A stretch of 63,744 nucleotides of DNA, the filler included, from Hausera hauseri (taxonomy: Eukaryota): the NCBI GenBank assembly GCA_046269625.1. It is 11 parts of 11 records of this genome, joined end to end, with 100 filler letters (N's around TTAATTAATTAA, not from the genome) between each part and the next. Parts side by side here need not be neighbours in the genome. Positions count along the whole stretch, not along the records: positions 35,705 to 39,738 come from JBJURY010805087.1; positions 39,839 to 44,109 come from JBJURY010665552.1; positions 44,210 to 51,963 come from JBJURY010905090.1; 8 more parts are not named here. One strand, 5' to 3'. The translations under genes were made by a program, and so were the position numbers. Below are positions 38,978-49,798 of the stretch, in pieces (the first letter of the stretch is position 1; each line of letters opens with the position of its first letter). The notes beneath the pieces were generated by a model, which ran no database searches, had not been told where the DNA came from, and saw only the letters and a list, made by a program, of their open reading frames with translations.

Positions 38978-39738
38978 GCCAATATCTGCACCACAGAATA
39001 TCATTCCAACAACCGATAAATTAAGTAACATTGCTGTTGATGCCTTTAAATGATCCCAAGGAGCTGTATTATCACCCGTACAAACAGCTGCATATTTCTG
39101 AATGCCAGCAAAAAATGCTATGGTTAATACAAACGGACGTTTGACATATCCTGATCGCAACAACTGACCATCCCATGTAGCCCGATGAACTTGAAAGCCA
39201 TAAATGTTGTGAATTTCTCCATGTTCCATATTGTTATAATGAATTGCATCCTTTTCCATTGTAACTTCTGGACCATTGAATATTGATGGCTCACCCATGT
39301 CATTCCATGTGAATGTATTGTTAGGTCTGCTGCCTTTGTACGGAAGAAAAGTTTAGACCACTAATCTCGAACAACCGGATTAATAAAATCAGTCCACATG
39401 CTAGAACCAGGCCAACACCAACCCTTATAAAAAGTAAGACCGCCTGATTTTTTAATGTAAAGATCATTGTTCAGACCATCATATATAGACCAGCCAGGAA
39501 CTCGTTTGATATGTGGATCAACGATTGTTACAAGTTTTCTTGACTTTATATCAAGCTTGTCGATCATTTCATTTGGATTTTCAAATCGTGTTTTGTCCCA
39601 ACTAAAATATTTCTTTTCATCGGCATGTTCAATATCCAGCCAAATAACATCGTATGGAATGCCATGATCATGATCAAACGATTAACATTTTCAATATCTT
39701 TCTGATCATTATAATTCCACCGACACTGATGGTAGCCA
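38978..39738 (-). pseudogene. GANAB: Neutral alpha-glucosidase AB (glucosidase II alpha, GH31) catalytic-region fragment, intronless and disrupted
   Basis: [83 protein letters not shown]; contains frameshifts. Confidence 0.93.
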
Positions 39739-40334
39739 NNNNNNNNNNNNNNNNNNNNNNNNNNNNNNNNNNNNNNNNNNNNTTAATTAATTAANNNNNN
39801 NNNNNNNNNNNNNNNNNNNNNNNNNNNNNNNNNNNNNNTTCCAGGAGAACGGTGAAATGCATGAGGACCTCGGGCGGTTTCCTTCTGTGTTAACAAGAGG
39901 TACTGACGTGCAGCCAAGGTAGTGGTGGCAAGTGATGGTTGGGATAAAGAATATCCAAATATGTTCAGCTTAAAGACCCTTTAAAATGAAAAATGGTGAG
40001 GTACGAAGGATTTGTATAGGCGCAAAAAATGGTCGAACTGGTTGGCGCAAATCAGTGAAAAAATCTCACCCACATGTGTCTGAATATCTGAATCCTGGAT
40101 GTCAAATTCGGCCACCTCTAAAGTGTTTCCCCCCACTGGATTATTCTTATTAATCAAATCGACGCCGGTCTCGTCGACATCTCTCAAATGTTTGTTTTTT
40201 CTTTTGTCAAATAAATTGTTACAGAGACTTGGAGAGAATATTGCGAAGAGTCGTGACGAATTTTGAGCCCTTTGACTGATTCTCGCTACTCCAGAAATGG
40301 AGAACATTGATAGTGATGCAGCCGCCTCTCCAAC

Positions 40335-40900
40335 TTATAATTATGGGGTCGGATACATAGATCGAATCCTTCTCCAAGATTGTGCTTTGATAGATTTGTC
40401 TGTGCCAAAAATTAGTACATAGACAATGGCAATTGCGCTGCGGATGGTACAAATGTGGCCTTTTCGTAATAAGAATCCATATTCGTAAGACGCTGATTAC
40501 TAGTTAACGATGATGAAAAATTTTGAAAGTTTGGAAAGGTGGCTAAAAGTAACGTTCCGGTTATTGATGACGGAACGGAGGCATGGGCACTTTCGACTGC
40601 AGCATGGTTCCACTTATTAATTCCATAGACATAGTTACCGGATATTATCAGTACGGCAGATAATGGCAATTGAGGATGGACGTTGCCTGCAATCCAAACT
40701 ATAGGTGAACTGCTAACAAACTTGAGTATCAACAACAAATCTGATTGGACTGGAGCAAACATCAGAGGGCTAACATGAAGTGCTGAATTTCGTGGAGGAT
40801 GTGGTTCTATAAGCAGTTGACCTGGAGTTTGTCCAAAACTTCTTAATGGATCTTCAAGAGCTTGTTTCAATATGGGATCATTTATTTCGCTCCATTTGAC
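40335..40900 (-). pseudogene. NBEA: Neurobeachin/LRBA fragment (end of the BEACH domain and linker to WD40)
   Basis: DPILKQALED..RSFGQTPGQLLIEPHPPRNSALHVSPLMF...LKF.SSSPI....N.HP.L...AV......INKW...LPLSM. Confidence 0.85.
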
Positions 40901-41430
40901 TGTTTGGAGATGTTGACTACATTTAATACAAACGCATCCACCACAAGCTCGACAATGATGAATGGGATTAAATTCGGGTAAAACTCTGTATTGCATATAA
41001 AACATTCATGGGCAATATCATCCACTTCCCAATACTTTGGTCTGTTACATGTTGTCAACGATTTTTGAAAATATCCGAATGTGTACCAAAATGTTGATGA
41101 TATTCTGTTTTTTACGGTGACAATTGGCGGGTCGTTACCAAGGTTTGTTGTTTGGATTTTATTAGAAGATTCTGAACACAGCTTCTGATTATCCTGATCC
41201 TGGATACAGTAGCTACAAAATACTTGCTTACAACTGCGACAATGGTGCTTATTCATAGACTTCATAAATATTTTTTTACAAGAACTACATAAACTAACTG
41301 AACTAGTCCGTTCCCAGCCGTCCGGATTGACTACGTCCGATAAATATTCACCTGACCGAACAAGTGAATGGTTGACAGGTTCTGAATACTCTTTGACAGA
41401 GTCGATAATCATCTGACTCATTGGATAAAC
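40901..41430 (-). pseudogene. ZFYVE1: ZFYVE1/DFCP1-like tandem FYVE-domain fragment
   Basis: P..W......C..C...F....KHHCRSC...FC..C followed by RPKYW..D....C..C...F....HHCRACG...C..CS; frameshift in the second FYVE. Confidence 0.75.
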
Positions 41431-41436
41431 GTTGTT

Positions 41437-42416
41437 TTAAGAATTTCTGACTAGGCCATTTGTGCTTTCCAATCGACAATTAACACTGACGTTTGATGAA
41501 GAATTGAGTTTGTGTCGTTCTAGCAAATTGACAACTTGCTCACGAGCTGGTATAATAATCGATTGATTATGTCGAAGGTCTTGTTCGTATCTTTTATACT
41601 GGGTTTGAAGAACTCGTATTTCTTTCTGAATGTTTTGATTCTTCAAATTTAAAGAATGAAATTGTTCTTTCATTTCTGATTCAAACTGAGAACAGTTGTG
41701 TTTCAACTGTATAATTTCCGTATTTTTTGACATGCTTGTAACACTTGTCCTTGATACTCCGATCTTAGTTTTTCAAATTCTCTTTCTAAACTGTGAAACT
41801 TTTCTTTCCAATATGCCATGTTATTTTGATCTCGGCTACTTAATTCTCGTATTTCCTCGGTCTTCAACTGAAGTTCCAGCTTCAATTCTTCTAATTTCGT
41901 TTTTGATCTCGTCGAACCAATTTCAATTCCGTTTCCAAATCTCTATTAACTTCAATTTGGTTTTTATTTTTCTGCTTCAAGAATTTTCGGATTTAAGAGT
42001 TTTCGACATAGTTTCTAAACGACTAATTTCGTATGTATTATCACGCGCCATTCGTTGGAAGCATTGATCCAGTTTGCAAACAATGCGATCTAGATAAGCA
42101 TCTCTTGTAGCCGGAGCAATAGATCGAGCATTAATTATTTTTGTTTGCAGATACTCAACTAAGTTACTAACATTATCACGAGAAAATGTTTCTGGTTGTT
42201 GTCGATGTTGGTTATTAAAAATAGGTGTTTGACAAAATTTTGTTTTGTAGATCTCAGCCGGACTTGTGTTGTTTTCTTTTGATGACTTTGTGTTAGAAAC
42301 TGAAAAACTCCTAGCTTTGCCACAGGCAATAACGTTATGCACTTAAAACAAACACTGATGTTCTCTTTAAGTTTTTGCCAGTCCTCCGAATTACCGACAC
42401 ATTTGGAATCAAACAT
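41437..42416 (-). pseudogene. Unidentified coiled-coil protein fragment, frameshifted
   Basis: Overlapping same-strand E/K/Q-rich heptad-like ORFs. Confidence 0.45.
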
Positions 42417-42444
42417 CGGTGTTTTATTTAAATTAGATTCACAG

Positions 42445-42880
42445 GTGCAATAAATTTATTTATCGTCTAATACGTATGGAACTACGATAACGGATTGGAA
42501 TACGTTGAAAAATACCGAACGAACGGAAAGTCTTTCGAGAAACTCCCGATTACGCCAAAACTGTCATTTTTGAAGGCTAAGAATTCACAAACACTGTACC
42601 AAAGACACAACGACAGTCATTCCCAGAAGATAAGGATTCGTATCGAACAATGCTTTCTTTAGAGTATCCTGTTCCTCATCGGATTCCTGAAACATATTCT
42701 CCCCAAATACGCCACAGTACCATTTCGACCGCATTGTTTTAGCAGCATATAATTGCAACTTGAACAGAGAATTTGGTGAGAAAACAAGGTTTAATGGTAA
42801 TTCTGTTGACGTTTATTGAATACGAAACAATCCTGCGCAAGATTCCAATAATCGTTCAGAAATATGATTGGAGTAGTAGG
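42445..42880 (-). pseudogene. CLPTM1: CLPTM1 fragment (absent from the ORF track), intronless and frameshifted
   Basis: Manual translation PIIFLNDYWNL...LPLNLVFSP.SLFKLQLYAA...SDEEQDTLKKALFDTNPYLLGMTVVVS..EFLAFKND/QFWRNRE.LE.LSVRSVFFNVFQS.IV..YVLD. Confidence 0.88.
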
Positions 42881-42883
42881 AAA

Positions 42884-43316
42884 ATGTACCTTCTCCCTCA
42901 CTCCGGGGGGCGGGGTAATCGATAAATCCATTCTGCACATGTGCCAATCGATAATGCACACGGAGCACTATCGATCGGTAGTGTGCTAAGCAACGGTGCC
43001 CCTAGGTACCGTTGCTAAAGGCACTTTTGCACTTTTCACAAATAGATGATGCAGTATTGATCGAATCGATCGGGGCAAAGTGCTAATCGATAGAGCACAT
43101 CTAGATGCATCCATTGGTGCAAGTGCAAGTGTGTAGCACATGTGCAAGTGTGCAAAAATTAATAATATTGGATTTCCGATATTTCTTATATTGATGATTA
43201 GCACTTGGAACCGGTTGCACTCGGTAGCACACACGACATGCTATGTGAATGTGCAATTAGAATTTAAAAATATTGATTGGATTTTGATAATACGTCAACT
43301 GAGGGAGAAAGTACAT
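42884..43316. mobile_element. MITE-like element with 17-bp terminal inverted repeats
   Basis: ATGTACCTTCTCCCTCA (42884-42900) versus TGAGGGAGAAAGTACAT (43300-43316), 16/17 complementary. Confidence 0.55.
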
Positions 43317-43705
43317 AGGCCTATCCGCTATAAATTTTAAATCAATAATATCAATATGACACATATAAAGGAAGGTGCAACACTTGATGTAGTATCGTTC
43401 AGTGCAAAACTCCAGTGTGGTATGCACTTGGATAGAGTTGCCAGGGCACTTTTCACATTTTTGCAGTTGTGCAACGCAGGATTGATGGAATTGATCGGGG
43501 TCAAGTGTAGGTGGATAGAGCACATTGAGGTGCACCTTGGTATGTAGTGTGCAGTGCAAAAACATGTGTACAAGTGTGCAAAAATCAATAATATCGAATT
43601 TCCGATATTTCCAATATCGATGGTCAGTACTCGGCACCGGGTGCATTCGAGCACAAACACGGTGTAGTATATGAACGAGAAATTAGAATTTAAATTTATT
43701 AATTA
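43010..43705 (+). repeat. Diverged direct repeat (about 43010-43285 and 43437-43705); a related piece at about 57405-57500
   Basis: Shared blocks GGCACTTTT, GATAGAGCACAT, CAAGTGTGCAAAAAT.AATAATAT.G.ATTTCCGATATTTC, AATTAGAATTTAAA. Confidence 0.8.
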
Positions 43706-44249
43706 GTTATCGATCAATATCGATCCAAAGTGCAAATTGGCCAAATTTTCCAAAGGACTTTTAGGTCGTAGGAAGCAAAATTCGATTCAACATTGAGTGG
43801 GGACAGATAGGAAATCGACAATGAAAAATTCGAATCTCAAGGCGAAAACTCTAAATTCGAATTTTTGTCGAGTTCGAAAATCGAAGTTCGAATTATTAGA
43901 AAAATCTAACAACGGGAATCAATTCGTCGTATTCGAAAACCCCTCGTACATAAAAATTATTCCATGAAAATGTACTATATGGGCATAAAATCAATATGGT
44001 GAAATATGCAAAATGTGCCTTCGAAGAGTAATGAAGCGGAAGTCTATAAATCTAATATCGGGGCTGGATAGGAAAGCATATATGTCGAATCGGAATATGG
44101 AATCAGGTANNNNNNNNNNNNNNNNNNNNNNNNNNNNNNNNNNNNNNNNNNNNTTAATTAATTAANNNNNNNNNNNNNNNNNNNNNNNNNNNNNNNNNNN
44201 NNNNNNNNNTTGACACGTAAAACCTTTATTAACGAACAAATGTTGATTA

Positions 44250-44490
44250 AAATATTACAAATGCACCAGTAATAATACTATACACAAGTAAAACATTGCT
44301 CTGTCTTCTTCTAAACGCCTCTTTAATGTTTATCATTAGTATCGATCGAACAACAAGTTGTACATAGTCTTCCTTTGGCAGAAAGTATTCATTCACCAGT
44401 TCATTAAGAAATTTGACACAGTCTATTTTGCCACTGCATATTTCATTTGTGAGCCGTTTAATTTCAGCTTCTAAATCTATTCTGTAATTC
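44250..44490 (-). CDS. Probable terminal exon of an unidentified host gene
   Basis: Short GTATGT...ACTTAG intron-like segment (about 44491-44534) followed by an open frame NYRIDLEAEIKRLTNEIC...LLVYSIITGAFVIF*. Confidence 0.35.
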
Positions 44491-44959
44491 TAAGTATACA
44501 GCTAATTTCGAGGAATAAAATTTAAAAAACATACCATTTTATTTGTTGAAACAACGCCATGCTATTAGCACACCTTTATTTATATCTAACAACCAAAATT
44601 TAAACAAAAATTTTTGGCGCAAACCGACCAATCAGATTTCACCAAGTGGGGTGGGAATAGTGAAACTACAAGCAGATCAGCTTTGTTCACAAGCAAAATT
44701 TAAACAAATCATTACACCAAAATTAAAAGAAAAAAAAGTTTGGCGCAAAATTCAAATTTTTCCTTACCGCCCGAAACCATCCCGTACGCCTGCTTGTGTG
44801 TATCCACTTTCTGACTGTGTGTCTCCTCTCTCCCCCATATAAAACGTCTATGTATGTACCATTTTTCTACCCCATGGCTCATCTCCGAACCACTTCTTTC
44901 CTTTCTTCCCTGGGGGTGGTCTGATCCGGTGTTCTCCTTTCTACCTACTGATATCGTCG

Positions 44960-47900
44960 ATATCCCAGTTCTGGAAAAGAAATCAGCATATGTGTTATCT
45001 TTTTCACTTATGTGTTCTATCTAGAATGAGAATTCTGATAGAAATGAAATGTGCTGCTCTTGATGAGGAGATGGGTTTTTTATACTCATTATGTGAATGA
45101 GTGGTTTGTGATCCGTGCGGATTGTGAACACATTTCCTTCGAGGAAATGTCGGAAGTGTTTGACACTGAGGATTATGGATAGTAATTCTCGGTCAAAAGT
45201 TGAATTGCGTTGCTCAGCCGAATTGAATTTGTGGGAAGAGAATTCAATGGGAGCATTTTTGCTATCGACTGATTGGGCAAGAATGGCGCCTGAAGCGATT
45301 GTGGAATCATCTGTTGTTAAGATAAATGGTGCATCTAGTTTAGGATAGTGTAGTGTAGGTAGGTGCAGAAGCGCAATTTTTGCATTGGCAAATGCCTGTT
45401 TAGCCTCATCTGTCCAATGTACCTGTGATTTCTTGTGTTCTAGGCTTAGAGCAGACAGAAGTGACAGGATTTCCGAGCAGTGCGGAATGTAACGATGGAA
45501 GAAATTGATCGTGCCAAGGAAGCTGCGAAGTCCAGTCACTGTGGATGGCTTCGGTATTTTTTTGATGGATTCTAGTCGCTTAGGAAGTGGACTATGACCA
45601 TGTGGTGTTAACCGAAGTCCGAGAAATAAGGCTTCAGTTTTATAGAATGAAAATTTGTTTATGTTCAACTGAAGGTTGTTTTCATTCAACCTATAAAACA
45701 CATGTTCGAGATATGCTTTATGAGTCGTTTCATCGGGTAATGCAATCAATATGTCATCTATATATGGACTGCGTAAGGTATGTCGATGAGAACTTGGTTT
45801 ATGTGGCGTTGGAATGTTTGACTTGCATTCCGTAAGACGAAAGGCATGCGTAGGTACTCGAACAAACCAAAAGGCGTTATTACGGTCATTTTTGGAATGT
45901 CTTTGGTAGCCACTGGGATCTGGTGGTATGCCCTTTCCAGGTCGATTGTGCTGAATATTGCAGCACCATGTAGGCTATGCAATATGTCTGTTACCAACGG
46001 TGTTGGGTATGAATCGTGGATGGTGACGTTATTCAACATTCTATAGTCACCACAAGGCAGGTATGATCCATCCTTTTTGGAACCATGTGCAATGGTGATG
46101 CCCACGGTGATGTGGAGCGGCGTATGATGCCTGTTTCTTTGAGGTGTCGGAATTCGGCTTCCACAATTGCTGTCTTAACAGGGTCAAGCTCCCTCCGGGG
46201 TTGCCGAATCGGTCGGTCACATGATGTGACGACAAAGTGTGATGTTTTCACCTCTTTCTGTGTTGGTTGTGCTGAGCGTTTCAACAGGTTAGGGTATTGC
46301 GCTTGCAGAAATTATGCGATGTCAATGGGATTTGCGATTTTAATGCCCGTGACAGCGTTTATAGTTAATGTGAATGCGAGTGGAGGTAGTGGATTGCTTC
46401 CGCTGGTAATTTGTTAATTTTGGCAATCAACTGTAAGATTGTAGTGATCTAAGAAGTCAGAACCAAGGATTGGTTGAATGACATCGGCCAATTTAAATGA
46501 CCAAGCGTATTGTCGGACTTGTAGGTAAAATTGTTGATACAGTGTACCTGTAGTTGCTATGCACGTGTTATTGGCAGCTTTGAATGATGCATGCGAGACC
46601 AGCGTAGGTGTAGCGTAAGCGCTAGGTATCAGCAATAAAGCTGCACCAGTGTCGATTAAAAAATCGAGTTGTTTCGAGATGTCGGAGTGTAGTAACTCCG
46701 TATCGAGGGTGAAAATAGCATCGACAATGAGTTCTCTATTTGTATACGGCAGTTGTGGTGATTGGGTTTCCAGTCGACGTGCCGTTGGTTGTCTGGGTCC
46801 ATTTAGTTTTTTGATGGCTTGTGAAATTTGCAGCAGGGTTGACAGATTTTTGCATCTGGACCGAAATTATTGTGATAAATGCAAGTGTCTTGCATTTTTA
46901 TATTTGCAGATGGCCTGTCGAATTGACAGCCATGGTAACATTTGTAGACGGATTCGCCAAATCGTGTGTGGAAATTGCAAATTTTGGAAAATTTGCCTTT
47001 CTTTCTCTTGGGGGATTGGCGCCGAAATGACGGTTTGTCCCTGGCTGGTAGATTCTTGTGCGTTACAAGTGGTTGCAGTGCGGCAATAATGGTGTCCAGC
47101 TGATTTTGCTGGGTCGCCGTGAGGGAGTGGATGTTTTCCGTTGGAGCAGATTCCACGGTGCCTTTAGTGCACTTATGTATTTTGTTGGCTTTTGATGCCA
47201 TATCGTCCAAAGCGGTATCGGGCGGTAATAGCACAATTGCAGCTTAGATTTGGTTGGGTAGGCTACTCAGAAAGTATCGCCGTAGTATATTCTGGTTGCT
47301 GTGGAGGTCCAGCTCAGCAATGCCCAAGTCTGAGCGTAACTTTTTAAGCAAGGCAGATGGTTTCATATTCCCTGCCTGTCGTTTGGTGAGGACCAGGTTG
47401 AACTGGTCTTGTTGGGATGGCAGATACGCTTTGCATATGGCTTCTTTGATTTTGCCAAACGGTTTTTCATATGACAGTAACGTGTCCAGATCCGTTATTG
47501 CTGCGAGCGTTGTTGGCTGCAGGTATTGAATTAGTGTTAAGGCCTTGTTTAGTTGGCCGGTGATGCTGCATTGAGTAACCCATGTTTCAAACACATGGAA
47601 CCACTTCAATGGAGTTCCGTCCGAACCTATGAAGAAGGTTGGACAGGCTAGTTTGAAAGGTTTGGCCGGTGTTTATGATGCAGTTTCGGCCTTTTTGTCC
47701 GGCGTGTGGTCGTCAATGCCTCCTTTTAGTTTCGGAGTCGCCAGTATAGTGGTATTTTCTACGAAAATTGTATTGACTGCGCAATTATTCGTGCGTAATA
47801 GTTTCCCATTATGAGAAAATGTATGCTCGGGATATTGTTGGTTTAAAACTTTTAGCATTTCCGACACAGCTAGAGTGGATGGAAAGCGATGAGCTTTTGT

Positions 47901-49400
47901 ATGACGCCAATTTTGTACAATGAGTTGTACTTCGTTTGGCGTACAATCGGTCGATGTTGTTTCACCACAGTAAATTTTGTTGGCGATGTCAATCGACTGA
48001 CGATTGGATGAATGGTTAAGTAGCGAATTTTCGCTTGTTGTGTGTGCTATTTTGGCACGGTTCGTATAATCGGGTTTGTATTCCGATTTAACGGTGTTGA
48101 CGCATGTGTTAATGCTAGAATATTTTGGCACTTGTTCAATGTCACGCGTTGTAATTTTCTGGTTGCAGTTGATTTTGGTGATACAACTGTCAGTGGGTAT
48201 TACGTGATCATGTTTGGTGATGCACGAATGTGTGACCGGATTAGTTTCTACGGCACTTGTGTGAATGGCTATCAACGGCTGTGTGAAGTGTTTGAGCTGA
48301 ATTTATTTTAACGGTTGCGTTTGTGTTATAAGGCTTGAATGCGGTAACCGCTGCCATCATTTTAGTGCTTATTGCTTTATGAGAGTCCCTGATCCTATTT
48401 AGCAACATAGTAACCAAAAAAGAGTAAGTAAAAACGAATGTAAAAAATCGGTAGAATACAACAGCATAAGAGTCATAATGTTTATTAACATTACAATGGT
48501 CGTCTGCCGATGAGTGAGACTCTTCAGTGGAGGATAGAGACGGTGCCGTCCTGAGAAGTCGACGAGGGGGAATTGGTTGGTCGTCCGTGCTGGAGCTGTA
48601 CGCCCTGACCCGCCGTGAGCTGGAGATTCTCTGGTCCGGAATCAACTGGCTCTTAGAGGGAATCAGTAATTCGAACATTCGGTCTGCATCCGCCATCAAG
48701 CTTATAAAGACTGGTAAGAAGACAGAGTAATCGAACAGCCGTCGGTGATCTCCATCGGCGTAGAACCGTCAAAGATATCCGTTTGGGCGGCAGTACGCGT
48801 CGTTCTCGGGCAGCCTATTGAGGTGCCGCACGAATCTGCTCCGCTGCAGCAGCTCTCGCACCGTCTGGTAGTCAGAGTAGGAGAGGTGCGAAGCTCGACC
48901 GTCACGCACGTGGCGTCGTTTCGTGGGAGCGTCGATAACCTCCCATCTCGATCTCGGGTCTCTTCGCTCAGCGTGGTGTGCATTGTCACGCATCAGCGGT
49001 TCCTTGTATGGTCTCTCGCGTGATGGCTGAATGTCGACTCAAATTCTGACTGTGCGGGGTAATTTCGGGATTTGGTACCTTTGAGTTGTGGTTTTAGATC
49101 TCCAGCGACAGGACCATTTCGTTGGGGATTGTCGATGGCCTTATCCAATTCCGTAGAACTTGTTAAGTCGTCCACATGTGCGGGTTTCGCCACTTCCGAA
49201 CCTGTGTGCACTGAGGCTATATCGGTAGCTTCGTCTAAATCGACGAGAATGTGGGATTGTCTGGTTTTTGTGACATGACTCGGTGCGATCTCCTTTCGGA
49301 TTATCGGTTGGTCCGGTTTCGTTGTCTGCGAATTGATTCTTTAATTCCGGGTGGCCGTAGTTTGGCCTTTCGTTTTCGTGGCGTCTGTCATCTTGAACAT
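44960..49400 (-). mobile_element. Gypsy copy D: leader (novel domain plus TM), ubiquitin-like domain (47718-47930), Gag with two CHCC knuckles, -1 frameshift, PR-RT-RNaseH; integrase missing
   Basis: 48275 to 46803 is one frame with two nonsense codons. FLIDTGA, SPWASPLHMVPK, DLERAYHQIP, YIDDIL, DRELL, TDHKPL. Confidence 0.93.
46803..46812 (-). promoter_or_regulatory. gag-pol -1 ribosomal frameshift site A_AAA_AAC immediately before the gag stop
   Basis: Minus strand TCA AAA AAC TAA; the -1 frame stays open through LNGPRQ... to the protease FLIDTGA. Confidence 0.8.
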
Positions 49401-49798
49401 GATTTAAATACTTATGTCTTCTCTTGAACTGTGGATTCAAACAAATGGATTTCAATCTACAGATTTCGATGGTTAATTTTTTATTATTATTACAAGTGCT
49501 GATCACTTCAGCACTCGTAGTCCCAGTTTTTATTATTATATATTTTTTGTTTCGTAGGCGGATTCTTATTTGTTTAGGATGAATCCGTGATTTATTTTGA
49601 TTTTATTTTTGACCAGGTCTGTGTTGAATTTAAATTTTGGATGTGTATTTTGGTATGTTTAAAATTTCACGGGGAATAAAATTTTTAAATTCGTGGTTTT
49701 TGTATTTTAATTTTATTTGATCGATTCCGTGATATTAATTTTTGAGGTTTTAAATTTTAGTATGTTTTCGTAATTTAATTTTTTTGTAAGGTGGAATC

